Source of the DNA: Roseibium sp.
GTDB lineage: Bacteria; Pseudomonadota; Alphaproteobacteria; Rhizobiales; Stappiaceae
Reading direction: 5' to 3'
Assembly: GCA_039972695.1 (NCBI GenBank)
Contig: JBDWMJ010000018.1
Span: forward strand, 233,749-297,748
DNA length: 64,000 nt
This document shows, piece after piece, positions 46,590 to 55,846 of the stretch (position 1 is its first letter; every line of letters starts with the position of its first letter). The notes beneath the pieces were generated by a model, which had not been told where the DNA came from, ran no database searches, and worked only from the letters and a program-made list of their open reading frames with translations. A program made the position numbers and the translations under genes.

Positions 46590-48794
46590 CTATTCGGCTC
46601 GCCGATTGCGGCGGCCAATATTGGTACGTCCAACCAAAAGCTGAAGGATGCCGATTGCAGCCAGCATCACGAAGATCAGGGTCGTCGAATACGCAATTGC
46701 CAGACCGTAGTCGTTGTTTTCAACCCGTCCGATAATGTAGCTGGTCGCCATGTCGTATTCCGCACTGACCAGGAAGATGACAGCGGAGATCGCGGTCATC
46801 GCCCTGACGAACGAATAAACCAGCGCTGCCAGAATGGCCGGTTTCAGCAGAGGCAGAATCACCCGCCTGAAGGTCGCTGCGCTGTTTGCTCCCAACGTCA
46901 AAGAACTCTCGTCCAGGCTTTTGTCGAGCTGACTCATCGAAGCAATACCAGCGCGCACTCCAACCGGCATATTGCGGAAAATAAAGCTGATGATCAGGAT
47001 GACGCCCGTCCCGGTAATCTCGATAGGCGGTACATTGAAGGCGAGGATGTAACTCACGCCGATAACCGTTCCCGGGATCGCAAAGCTGAGCATCGTACCA
47101 AATTCAAAGGCGTTCTTGCCCATGAAGGACTGGCGGGTCAGCAGATAGGCCGTGATCAGACCGACAGCTGCAGTCAGAGGAGCGGCGAGGGCGGAAATCT
47201 GTACCGTTGTCCAGAAACTGTTCCACGCAGATCCTGTCCAGCGGATACCTTCTTCTGTCATGCGAACCGAAAAGGCCGTGATATAGTGTTTGAAGGTGAG
47301 CGTGTTGTTCACGCCCCACAGCTCTACAAATGATCCATAGATGATCATCACGTAGATGACGATGGTAAAGAGCGCCCAGATGGCTGCGATCGCGTAGACA
47401 GGCACTGTCAGCTGGAGCGGCAGATTTGGATGGATGCCGGAATCACCTTTGCCAGAAACAGTGGTGTAGGATTTTTTGCCGAGCCAGAACCGCTGCGCGT
47501 AGAAGGCCGAGAGCGTAAAGCCAAGCAGGACAATAGCCAGAACCGCAGCGCGTCCCTGATCATATTGGGCGCCGACTATGGCGAAGAAGATTTCGGTCGA
47601 CAGAACATCGAAATTGCCGCCGAGGACCAGCGGATTACCGAAGTCGGCCATGCTTTCAATGAAGCCAAGCAGAAACGCGTTGGCCAATCCCGGACGCATC
47701 AACGGTAGGGAAACGGTCTTGAACACCTGCCAGCGGCTGGCCCGTAGCGTTTGTGCTGCTTCCTCCATTGAGGGGCTGACACCTTCGACGACACCAATCA
47801 GAACCAGAAACGCAATGGGCGTGAAGGCCAGAACCTGTGCAATCAGGATACCGGGCATACCGTAAACCCAGCGGGTAGGCTGCAGGCCAAAGGTGTCGGC
47901 AAAGGTTGTTGTGATTGTGCCGGACAATCCGAACAACAAGATGATTGCGAGACCGATTACAAAAGGCGGTGTGATGATCGGAAGGACAGTAAGCGCCCGC
48001 AGAAGTTTCTTGTAGCGAAACTGGGTTCGGGTCGCGACTAGCGCGAAGACCAGACCAAGCGCTGTAGTCAGAAATCCGACCAGAATGGCAAGGAACAGGG
48101 AGTTCCAGGCTGCGCCACATCGGCCGCCTGAAAGACAATCAAGGCTCCAGAGGCGTGAACTCAGAAACTTGGAAAAGAACACCGCCACCGAATAGGTGTT
48201 GTCCTCGGTTATAAATGCGGCAATCAGCAGTTTGGCAATTGGGAAAAACACGAAAACCGAGACGACGGTGATTACGAATCCGATGGACGAAACAACAAAG
48301 ACATCGCCATTGACCGCGCCTCGTGCTGCGATCCCTTGGGTAAACAGAAAGAGAAAACTGGTCGCCAGAAGCATAGCACCATAGCCCATGCCGAATTGAC
48401 GATCGCCCAATGGGCCAAACAGGGTTTCCTGCCAGCTGAACGTCCAACCGCGCAGGCCAATGCCAAAGCCTTGTGCAATCAGCCAGGCTGCGCCAAATCC
48501 GCCTGCCAGCACCAGAATACGTGCATAGTTGGGATGGGTTTTGGGAAGTGTAAGGGCTGCGAGAGCTCCGATAAGCGGCAAAATAAGCGGTGTGAGCCAG
48601 AGTTTCTCGCCTTGGGCAATGAGAAACAGTCCGGGTGCGTAGTCTCTGTCGAACGGATATCCATCGACAAGCCACTCTAGCGTCCAGAAGTCTTCAATTC
48701 CGTACCAGGGAAGAACGGCGAACCCGAGCCACCCGATCATGATCCAGAAGATCAGAACCGGGTGGGCGGATTTTTTAAATGTTGAGGTGGTCAC
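46590..48794 (-). CDS. ABC importer permease, duplicated (two BPD-transporter modules) with extra N-terminal TM region
   Basis: 734 aa with two EAA-loop modules (…EEAAQTLRASRWQVFKTV… and …DESSLTLGANSAATFRRV…). Confidence 0.9.
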   Translation of the reverse strand: MTTSTFKKSAHPVLIFWIMIGWLGFAVLPWYGIEDFWTLEWLVDGYPFDRDYAPGLFLIAQGEKLWLTPLILPLIGALAALTLPKTHPNYARILVLAGGFGAAWLIAQGFGIGLRGWTFSWQETLFGPLGDRQFGMGYGAMLLATSFLFLFTQGIAARGAVNGDVFVVSSIGFVITVVSVFVFFPIAKLLIAAFITEDNTYSVAVFFSKFLSSRLWSLDCLSGGRCGAAWNSLFLAILVGFLTTALGLVFALVATRTQFRYKKLLRALTVLPIITPPFVIGLAIILLFGLSGTITTTFADTFGLQPTRWVYGMPGILIAQVLAFTPIAFLVLIGVVEGVSPSMEEAAQTLRASRWQVFKTVSLPLMRPGLANAFLLGFIESMADFGNPLVLGGNFDVLSTEIFFAIVGAQYDQGRAAVLAIVLLGFTLSAFYAQRFWLGKKSYTTVSGKGDSGIHPNLPLQLTVPVYAIAAIWALFTIVIYVMIIYGSFVELWGVNNTLTFKHYITAFSVRMTEEGIRWTGSAWNSFWTTVQISALAAPLTAAVGLITAYLLTRQSFMGKNAFEFGTMLSFAIPGTVIGVSYILAFNVPPIEITGTGVILIISFIFRNMPVGVRAGIASMSQLDKSLDESSLTLGANSAATFRRVILPLLKPAILAALVYSFVRAMTAISAVIFLVSAEYDMATSYIIGRVENNDYGLAIAYSTTLIFVMLAAIGILQLLVGRTNIGRRNRRAE

Positions 48795-48796
48795 TG

Positions 48797-49822
48797 TTAT
48801 TGCGGCAGTGTCGAAACCTCATCATCCCATTTTTTTAACAAACGCTTGCGCTCTGCACTGGAGCCGTATTTGGCGAAATCATAGTCGATCAGTTTGATGC
48901 TCGACAGATCCGGTGCCTTGTCCGACGTTGGTGCACCCTTGTTCGATGGCACCTGGAAAGCGTTCACTTGCAACGCAAGTCCCTGAGCTTCGGCCGAAAG
49001 CGCCCAGTCGTAGAACTTCTTCGCGTTGTCCAGATTGCGAGCGCCCTTGACGATCGACATGGAGCCGATTTCGTAGCCAGTGCCTTCGCACGGTGCGACA
49101 ACCTTGATCGGGAAGCCTGCAGCGGCCTGCTTGACCGCGTCATGCATGAAGACGATGCCGATGGTGTTTTCGCCGCGGGCGGCTGCCTTGATCGGAGCAG
49201 ACCCGGATTTTGTGTACTGGTTGATGTTCTTGTGCAGGCCTTTCATGAATTCAAAGCCTTCGTCCTCACCAAACAGCTGAACGATTGTTGCGAGTGTTGT
49301 ATAAGCCGTTCCCGATGAATTCGGATTGGCCATCTGGACGTGGCCCTTGTATTCCGGCTTCAACAAGTCCTTCCAGCAAGCTGGCGCCGGCAAGCCTGCT
49401 TTTTCAAGCAGATCTGAATTGTAGCCGTATCCGAGCGCACCGGAGTAAATGCCGATTGTCTTGTCGTTGGCGGATGTTGCCTGTGAAATCGACCAGTCCT
49501 GGAGCTCGCCACGGATCGGCGTCACATAGTTTTCGGACAAACCTTCTTCCGCAGCCTGCAGATGAGGATCACCGGTGCCGCCCCACCAGACGTCGCCCTT
49601 TGGATTGGAGCCTTCGGCCTTGATCTGGGCAAATGTTTCACCTGAGCTTTTGCGTGTCATGTTGACTTTGATATCGGTCGCATCCGCAAAACCGTTGGCC
49701 ATGAGCTGGCACCAGTCTTCCTGAGCGCTGCAATAAAGCGTGAGCTTTTCGGCGGCCATTGCCGGGGCTCCGACCATAAGGCCGAGTATTCCAACCGACG
49801 CAAACATCTTCAATTTTTTCAT
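48797..49822 (-). CDS. ABC importer periplasmic substrate-binding protein (Fe(3+)/AfuA-like family 1)
   Basis: Signal peptide, then LTLYCSAQEDW...SSGETFAQIKAEGSNPKGDVWWGG, typical of FbpA/AfuA-type SBPs. Confidence 0.8.
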   Translation of the reverse strand: MKKLKMFASVGILGLMVGAPAMAAEKLTLYCSAQEDWCQLMANGFADATDIKVNMTRKSSGETFAQIKAEGSNPKGDVWWGGTGDPHLQAAEEGLSENYVTPIRGELQDWSISQATSANDKTIGIYSGALGYGYNSDLLEKAGLPAPACWKDLLKPEYKGHVQMANPNSSGTAYTTLATIVQLFGEDEGFEFMKGLHKNINQYTKSGSAPIKAAARGENTIGIVFMHDAVKQAAAGFPIKVVAPCEGTGYEIGSMSIVKGARNLDNAKKFYDWALSAEAQGLALQVNAFQVPSNKGAPTSDKAPDLSSIKLIDYDFAKYGSSAERKRLLKKWDDEVSTLPQ

Positions 49823-49949
49823 ACCATCCTCCCAAACAGAATTTTTATTTCATAACACTAGGGGAATGGAATATTTTGGACAACAAGAATTTTGCCGACT
49901 AATCAACCCTGCCGGACGAAATGCGGAATCCTGGTTCTTTGAGGAACAA

Positions 49950-49979
49950 CAAAAAAAGGCGCTGCAATCTGCAGCGCCT
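49950..49979 (-). terminator. rho-independent terminator after ychF
   Basis: On the minus strand, AGGCGCTGCA-gat-TGCAGCGCCT followed by TTTTTTT. Confidence 0.8.
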
Positions 49980-50011
49980 CGTTCGATTTGGCATTCATCG
50001 CCAAATGGCGT

Positions 50012-51112
50012 TTAGGTATTGAATTTGAAGAGCAGGATATCGCCGTCCTTGACGATGTATTCCTTGCCTTCGTCACGGGCTTTACCGGCTTCCTTGGCTG
50101 CGTTTTCACCGCCAAGCGATGTGTAATCGTCATAAGCAATGGTCTGCGCGCGAATGAAGCCGCGTTCGAAGTCCGTATGGATCACACCCGCTGCGCCCGG
50201 GGCTTTGGTGCCTTCTGTGACGGTCCACGCTCTGGTTTCTTTCGGGCCAGCCGTAAAATAAGTGATCAGGCCGAGCAGGTCATAGCCAGTCCGGATCAAC
50301 CGGTCGAGACCGGGCTCTTCAAGACCGATTGTTTCCAGAAACTCTGCCTGTTCTTCGCTGTCGAGCTGTGAAATTTCGGCTTCGATGGCCGCCGAGATGA
50401 CGACAGAAGCGGCACCTTCTGCTTTGGCCATTTCTTCAACTTTTGCCGACAGCGAGTTGCCTTTGTCTGCTGAAGCTTCTTCAACGTTGCAGACGTAGAG
50501 CACCGGCTTGGAACTCAGGAGGTTCAGGCCCTCGAGGATTTTTTGCTCTTCCGGGTCGGTCAGGCCCAGGAGACGGGCCGGTTTGCCGTCCTGAAGAAGC
50601 GCCAATGCTGCCTCCATGATCGGAACAACTGCCTTGGCTTCCTTGTCACCGCTGTTGGCCTTTTTCTTCAAGGGCGCAATGCGTTTTTCAAGGCTTTCCA
50701 TGTCGGCGACCATGAGTTCAGTCTCGACGGTCTCGGCATCAGCGACCGGATCGATCGTGCCTTCGACATGGGTAATGTCGTCATCTTCGAAGCAGCGCAG
50801 CACATGGGCAATCGCGTCGACTTCGCGGATGTTGGCCAGAAACTGGTTTCCGAGGCCTTCACCTTTCGAAGCGCCACGGACGAGACCCGCAATGTCAACA
50901 AAGGTAATCCGTGTTGGAATGACTTCCTTTGACCCGGCAATATCGCGAATTGCATAAAGACGAGGGTCCGGTACACCAACTTCACCGGTATTCGGTTCAA
51001 TGGTGCAGAACGGATAGTTCGCGGCCTGGGCCGCAGCTGTCTTGGTCAGCGCATTGAAGAGCGTGGACTTGCCAACATTCGGCAGTCCGACTATACCGCA
51101 CTGGAAACCCAT
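50012..51112 (-). CDS. ychF: ribosome-binding ATPase YchF
   Basis: GIVGLPNVGKSTLFNALT G1 motif and C-terminal TGS-like domain ...EYIVKDGDILLFKFN. Confidence 0.95.
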   Translation of the reverse strand: MGFQCGIVGLPNVGKSTLFNALTKTAAAQAANYPFCTIEPNTGEVGVPDPRLYAIRDIAGSKEVIPTRITFVDIAGLVRGASKGEGLGNQFLANIREVDAIAHVLRCFEDDDITHVEGTIDPVADAETVETELMVADMESLEKRIAPLKKKANSGDKEAKAVVPIMEAALALLQDGKPARLLGLTDPEEQKILEGLNLLSSKPVLYVCNVEEASADKGNSLSAKVEEMAKAEGAASVVISAAIEAEISQLDSEEQAEFLETIGLEEPGLDRLIRTGYDLLGLITYFTAGPKETRAWTVTEGTKAPGAAGVIHTDFERGFIRAQTIAYDDYTSLGGENAAKEAGKARDEGKEYIVKDGDILLFKFNT

Positions 51113-51201
51113 GAGAGTTCGCTTTCGTTTGTGTCTGAAACTGTTGCCGCGCTACATGCCCGAGGGGCGAGGCAAGGTCAAGGCTTGCAAGGGGTGAGGG
51201 C

Positions 51202-51951
51202 CTAACTCTTGTCTCCGCCGCCGAGCAGTTTTTTTAGCATATCCGCCATTGGCCCGGATTTAGGCAAATTGACAACCTTCTGCTGTCGAGCCTGGTGAAT
51301 ATGGCTTTTTGCCTTTGGTGCTGACGACTTGGGCGCTGGCGGCTGGTCTTTGACAGGTTTGGTTTTCCGCTGGGCCTTTTCCGGCTCCAGTGCCAAGGTG
51401 AGTTTGTTGGCGAACTGGCTGTCCTGACCTTTTGCAAGAAGTTCAGCCTGGTCAGCGATTTCCGTCAGAAGCGGCTCCAACCAGTCACGATCGGCTTTGG
51501 CAAAATCTCCGAGAACGTAGTTGGAAACAAGTTTCTTATCGCCCGGATGGCCAATCCCGAGGCGCAGGCGGCGGTAGTCGGCACCGATATGTGCAGAGAT
51601 GGACCGCAGGCCATTGTGACCTCCGTGACCGCCACCCTTTTTCATGCGAAATTTTGCAGGTGGCAGATCCAGTTCGTCATAGATGACGACTATGTCTTCC
51701 GGCTCGATTTTGAAGAACCGCATCGCTTCACCGACCGAGCGGCCGGATTCGTTCATGTAAGTCGACGGTTTGATCAGGAGAACCTTCTCGGAACCCAGAC
51801 GGCCTTCTGCAGTCTGGCCCTGAAAACGGGCACGCCATGGCTGGAATCCGGAATGGCGGCGATGAATCTCATCGACGGCCATGAAGCCGATGTTATGCCG
51901 GTGCCCCTGGTATTTGGCACCGGGATTTCCCAGACCGACAATCAGTTTCAT
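51202..51951 (-). CDS. pth: peptidyl-tRNA hydrolase with Lys/Pro-rich C-terminal tail
   Basis: LIVGLGNPG...[10 protein letters not shown] and [12 protein letters not shown] prefer the ATG at 51951 (GAAGGA upstream) over the TTG at 51966. Confidence 0.9.
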   Translation of the reverse strand: MKLIVGLGNPGAKYQGHRHNIGFMAVDEIHRRHSGFQPWRARFQGQTAEGRLGSEKVLLIKPSTYMNESGRSVGEAMRFFKIEPEDIVVIYDELDLPPAKFRMKKGGGHGGHNGLRSISAHIGADYRRLRLGIGHPGDKKLVSNYVLGDFAKADRDWLEPLLTEIADQAELLAKGQDSQFANKLTLALEPEKAQRKTKPVKDQPPAPKSSAPKAKSHIHQARQQKVVNLPKSGPMADMLKKLLGGGDKS

Positions 51952-51981
51952 GGGCTTGTCCTTCAAGATCCATCTTGAAAC

Positions 51982-52010
51982 AAAAAAGCAGCCAACGGCG
52001 GCTGCTTTTG
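51982..52010 (-). terminator. rho-independent terminator after rplY
   Basis: AAGCAGCC-N6-GGCTGCTT flanked by A6/T4 runs. Preceded, nearer the rplY stop, by a second 10-bp hairpin GCAGGAGGCG-N5-CGCCTCCTGC at 52014-52038. Confidence 0.75.
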
Positions 52011-52059
52011 GGGGCAGGAGGCGAAGGTCGCCTCCTGCGAATGTGTTAAGGTAACAAGC

Positions 52060-52692
52060 TTACTCGCTTGCTTCCTCTTCTGCTTCTTCAGATGCTTCAG
52101 CTTCGTCTTCATCGTCCTGTGCACCGCCACCAGGAGCAGCAAGTGTTGCAACTGTGAAGTCACGGTCGGTGATCGTCGGCTGTGCGCCTTCTGGCAGGGT
52201 CGTTGCTGAAATATGCAGCGTGTCGCCAATTTCAGTTTTCGCAAGATCGAAGACCAGGGATTCTGGAATTGCGTCTGCAGGAACGTTCATTTCCACTGTG
52301 TGGCGAACAACGTTCAGCATTCCGCCCTTCTTGATACCTGGGCATTCTTCTTCATTGATGAAGACTACCGGGATATCAACGGTCAGAACTGTATTGGCCG
52401 AAACGCGCAGAAAATCGACGTGCTGGACGGTATCGCGCACTGGGTGCAGCTGATAGTCCTTTGCGATAACCTTGTGTTTTTTACCATCAATATCAATTGT
52501 ACCGATGTGAATCAGAAATCCACCCTTGTGAAGGGTTAGTGTGGTTTCTTTCACCGGAATGGTAATCGGCAGAGCCGGTTTTTTGTCACCGTATATTACG
52601 GCAGGTAGAAGGCCTTCACGACGCAGTGCCCGTGCGGCCCCCTTGCCCACCCGGTCCCGTGCCGATGCCTTCAGCTCATAGCTTGCAGCCAT
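52060..52692 (-). CDS. rplY: 50S ribosomal protein L25 / general stress protein Ctc
   Basis: 210 aa. [22 protein letters not shown] start and two-domain Ctc form with an acidic C-terminal tail. Confidence 0.9.
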   Translation of the reverse strand: MAASYELKASARDRVGKGAARALRREGLLPAVIYGDKKPALPITIPVKETTLTLHKGGFLIHIGTIDIDGKKHKVIAKDYQLHPVRDTVQHVDFLRVSANTVLTVDIPVVFINEEECPGIKKGGMLNVVRHTVEMNVPADAIPESLVFDLAKTEIGDTLHISATTLPEGAQPTITDRDFTVATLAAPGGGAQDDEDEAEASEEAEEEASE

Positions 52693-52874
52693 GGGGAAAC
52701 TCCTTTGGGTATTGAATTGGACCGGCGAACCATCGTGCCTGCAAAAGACTTGATTTGTTCGGGATCGGTCCAGATACGCCTCCTCCAGGGGTGAGACGCG
52801 TGCGCGGTTTACCCGAAAGTCGACCCCAGAGCAAGGGGGGTGGTAATTTTGCCTATATAGAATAAAAGTAAGTA

Positions 52875-52991
52875 TTATTTACAATGTCGCAGGTGCAACT
52901 TAAAGTTTTCTTGGTATATAAAGCAATTTCAAATAATGAATGTCGATTTTGAGTAGATTATAAATAAAGTGCAACCACTTTTATTTACAAT
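52875..52991 (+). repeat. two short motifs repeated in swapped order (TTATTTACAAT x2, GTGCAAC x2)
   Basis: TTATTTACAAT at 52875-52885 and 52981-52991. GTGCAAC at 52893-52899 and 52969-52975. Lies in the AT-rich region upstream of the sCache/MCP genes. Confidence 0.4.
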
Positions 52992-53056
52992 TTTTCATTT
53001 GATATTAATTTGTCTGACGTTTGGTAAGGCATCGGAACCAAGTGGAGAATACTCTG

Positions 53057-53626
53057 ATGAAAGTCCTTACGCATTCCGCATTATTTTTGGTAATGTCGGC
53101 CAGTGCTGCTTTTTCCAATGAATTTCAGTCTGAACTTGAAGCGCTAGCGAATGCCCAAATAGCAGAAATTGCGTCTTCATCTGAAGTCATTGCCGCTGTT
53201 AAGGCACAAAATGGCGAAACAGCTGGACATGACCAGGCTAAGATCGATGAACTCGATAAAACCTGGCGTGCGGAAACTGAAGCCGTTGATCAGCCTATGA
53301 TTGACAGTGTTCTGGACAATAGCCTCTCTGGTTACCTTGCAGGTATTCAAGAGAGCAGTGATGGTCTCTTTACAGAAGTCTTCGTCATGGATGCCAAAGG
53401 CCTGAATGTGGGCCAAAGCGATGTCACGTCCGATTATTGGCAGGGCGATGAAGCCAAATGGCAAGAAACTTTCGGTGCAGGCAAAGGCGCTGTTCACGTC
53501 AGTGAACTGGAACAGGATGACAGCACTCAATTGTTGCAAAGCCAGGTAAGCGTCACGGTTGTTGATCCGGATTCCGGTGAGCCGATCGGAGCCGTCACCT
53601 TCGGTGTGAACGTCGAAAAACTCTAA
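53057..53626 (+). CDS. secreted stand-alone single-Cache/PDC-fold protein
   Basis: GGAGA lies 8 nt upstream of the ATG at 53057. Signal peptide MKVLTHSALFLVMSASAAFS. Long helix, then FTEVFVMDAKGLNVGQSDVTSDYWQGDEAKW...VSVTVVDPDSGEPIGAVTFGVNV. No TM anchor or output domain. Confidence 0.65.
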   Translation: MKVLTHSALFLVMSASAAFSNEFQSELEALANAQIAEIASSSEVIAAVKAQNGETAGHDQAKIDELDKTWRAETEAVDQPMIDSVLDNSLSGYLAGIQESSDGLFTEVFVMDAKGLNVGQSDVTSDYWQGDEAKWQETFGAGKGAVHVSELEQDDSTQLLQSQVSVTVVDPDSGEPIGAVTFGVNVEKL

Positions 53627-53633
53627 GATCAAC

Positions 53634-53659
53634 AAGGTAAGGCCATGTGGCCTTACCTT
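53634..53659 (+). promoter_or_regulatory. 11-bp perfect intercistronic hairpin
   Basis: AAGGTAAGGCC-atgt-GGCCTTACCTT between the sCache gene stop (53626) and the MCP start. No U-tract. Confidence 0.5.
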
Positions 53660-53677
53660 CTCCTTTGTTCGGAGGGA

Positions 53678-55810
53678 ATGCCTGTGAAAGTATCAAGGAA
53701 ACTGCCAGCCATTATGGTCGGAATCGCTCTCATCTGCTCTGCAGGTGTTGGGGCTGCAAGTTATTTGTCTGGCGCGCAAAGTATCCGGAATCTGGCTGAA
53801 GAGCGTCTTATGGGACTTGCTGAAAGCCGGAAGGATGCTCTTCTTGATTATTTTGCAACCAATCGCTCATTGATTTCCGGCCATGCTTCCGGGAAGTCAT
53901 TGCGGGCCGCCTTTTCAGATTTTGACAAGAACTGGTCCAAGTATGGCGACAAGGCGCAAGCAACCCTGACAAAGATCTACGTCACTGACAATCCGCACCC
54001 TGAAGGGGAGAGAGCGGAATTGGTCAAGGCAGGACGCAAGCCTTACGACAAGGCTCACTCGAAACATCATACTTCGTTGAGGGAATTCGCCGCAGCCAAC
54101 AGTTTTCCGGAATTGTTGCTCGCCAATCCCGACGGTGATGTCATCTACTCAGTTCATAAAAATGCCGACTTTGCGCAGAACCTGAACTCTGCACCCTGGA
54201 ATGAAACAAGCGTTTTCAGTGCATACAAGGCTGCGATTGAAGGTGGTCCGGACGAAATTCATATAGTTGATACAGCGCCATATGTGGCTGCGGGTGATGA
54301 ACCTGTCGGCTTTTTCGCAGCTCCAATTTCGGTCGGATCTAAGGTCATTGGTGTTGCCGTTTACCAAACGCCGGTTGCGAAGATCAACAAGATGCTTGGC
54401 AAATACGCAGGCCTTGGCGAAACCGGAAACGTGTTTTTGGTCAATAGTGACGGCGTTATCCAAAACGACAGCAATCGGACTGACGGTGTATCTGAAGTCA
54501 TGAGTGACATTCTCAAGAAGGACAAGGTTCTTTCTGCTATGGGTGGAGCGCCGGTCTTTGAGACGCTGGATAATTTTCAGGATCGGGAAGTCTATGCCGC
54601 GCTCGTGCCCTTTGATTATCTAGGAAAATCCTATTCGCTCGTTGTTGTTCAGGATGTTGCCGAAGTTCTTGCACCTTTGGCTGCCCTTCGAAACTGGATC
54701 CTTCTTATTGCGGTGCTGAGCTCTGTTGGTGCCGGTGTATTCGGTATCATTATTTCGGGTCGTCTTGTCGGACGCATCAAGGGACTGTCACAAGCAATGG
54801 AAGCATTGGCTGACGGTGATACGGCCATTGAAGTACCGCACCAGGTAACCAATGACGAGATTGCCGATATGGCAACAACAGTCATGGTTTTCCGAGAGAA
54901 CGCGATGGAACGCGAGCGGTTGGAGCAGGAGCAAAGCCAGAGCCAGGATGCGCGTGAACAGCAGGCCAGAACGGTGAAGGCGCTTATCGAAGGCTTCCGC
55001 AATGATGTTGAAGAAATGCTCGATGTCGTTGTTGAAAATAACGGGAAGATGCAGGATGCCGCTCGCGGGCTGAACGGGATCGCGGATGAAACTGCGGGTG
55101 AGGCAACAAATGCTTCTGCTGCATCCGAACAGGCATCGGCAAATGTGCAAACCGTTGCGTCAGCTTCAGAAGAGCTGTCCGCTTCCATCCAGGAAATTGG
55201 CCGTCAGGTCGACAGCACGACAGAAATCGTTCGCGAAGCGGTGACATCGGCTCACGAGACCAATGAGCGGATCGGTGGTCTTGCCAAGCTCGCCCAGAAT
55301 ATCGGTGACGTCGTCAAGCTGATCTCCGATATTGCCGAGCAAACCAACCTCCTCGCGCTTAATGCGACGATCGAGGCCGCGCGTGCCGGTGAAGCAGGTC
55401 GCGGGTTTGCTGTTGTGGCTTCAGAAGTGAAGGACCTGGCGACTCAAACCGCAAAGGCGACCGAGCAAATCGCTGCTCAGGTTTCGGAAGTTCAGGCTGC
55501 AACAACAGATGCCGTTACGGCTATCGCAGCGATTTCCGAGACGATGGGTCAGGTCGACAATTATACTGAATCCATAGCCACAGCTGTTCAGGAACAGGGA
55601 TTGGCAACCAACGAAATTTCTTCAAACGTTCAGGAAGCGGCAAAAGGGACGCGGACGGTTGCAGGGGCGATGGTAACGATCAGTGACAAGTCGAAGACGA
55701 CGAGTGGCTCTGCCGGTGATGTGCTCGATGCATCAACAGATGTTAGCGAGAAGACCGTCCAGTTGCGCAATACCGTAGATCATTTCCTGAAAGCTGTAGA
55801 AGCAGCTTAA
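53678..55810 (+). CDS. methyl-accepting chemotaxis protein with double-Cache-like ectodomain and HAMP
   Basis: Two TM helices flank an ectodomain of about 305 aa, followed by HAMP. Signalling tip [32 protein letters not shown]. Start is ATG 53678 or GTG 53684 (GGAGGGA upstream). Confidence 0.9.
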   Translation: MPVKVSRKLPAIMVGIALICSAGVGAASYLSGAQSIRNLAEERLMGLAESRKDALLDYFATNRSLISGHASGKSLRAAFSDFDKNWSKYGDKAQATLTKIYVTDNPHPEGERAELVKAGRKPYDKAHSKHHTSLREFAAANSFPELLLANPDGDVIYSVHKNADFAQNLNSAPWNETSVFSAYKAAIEGGPDEIHIVDTAPYVAAGDEPVGFFAAPISVGSKVIGVAVYQTPVAKINKMLGKYAGLGETGNVFLVNSDGVIQNDSNRTDGVSEVMSDILKKDKVLSAMGGAPVFETLDNFQDREVYAALVPFDYLGKSYSLVVVQDVAEVLAPLAALRNWILLIAVLSSVGAGVFGIIISGRLVGRIKGLSQAMEALADGDTAIEVPHQVTNDEIADMATTVMVFRENAMERERLEQEQSQSQDAREQQARTVKALIEGFRNDVEEMLDVVVENNGKMQDAARGLNGIADETAGEATNASAASEQASANVQTVASASEELSASIQEIGRQVDSTTEIVREAVTSAHETNERIGGLAKLAQNIGDVVKLISDIAEQTNLLALNATIEAARAGEAGRGFAVVASEVKDLATQTAKATEQIAAQVSEVQAATTDAVTAIAAISETMGQVDNYTESIATAVQEQGLATNEISSNVQEAAKGTRTVAGAMVTISDKSKTTSGSAGDVLDASTDVSEKTVQLRNTVDHFLKAVEAA

Positions 55811-55813
55811 ATC

Positions 55814-55840
55814 ATCCAGGCGCCCATGAGGCGCCTGGAT
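55814..55840. terminator. bidirectional terminator hairpin between convergent MCP and MOSC genes
   Basis: ATCCAGGCGCC-catga-GGCGCCTGGAT (11 bp perfect). Confidence 0.7.
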
Positions 55841-55846
55841 TTCTCC

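Noticed and set aside
46335-47333. 332-aa ORF on the plus strand
   Set aside because: It lies entirely antisense to the well-supported ABC ATPase and permease genes. The sequence is Arg/Gly/Asp-rich and low-complexity, with no SD and no recognisable motif. It is a typical shadow ORF.
54649-55188. 179-aa antisense ORF (also 54788-55150 and 59090-59608) inside the MCP genes
   Set aside because: Ala/Ser-rich antisense frames are a routine by-product of GCN-rich MCP coding sequence. No start context.
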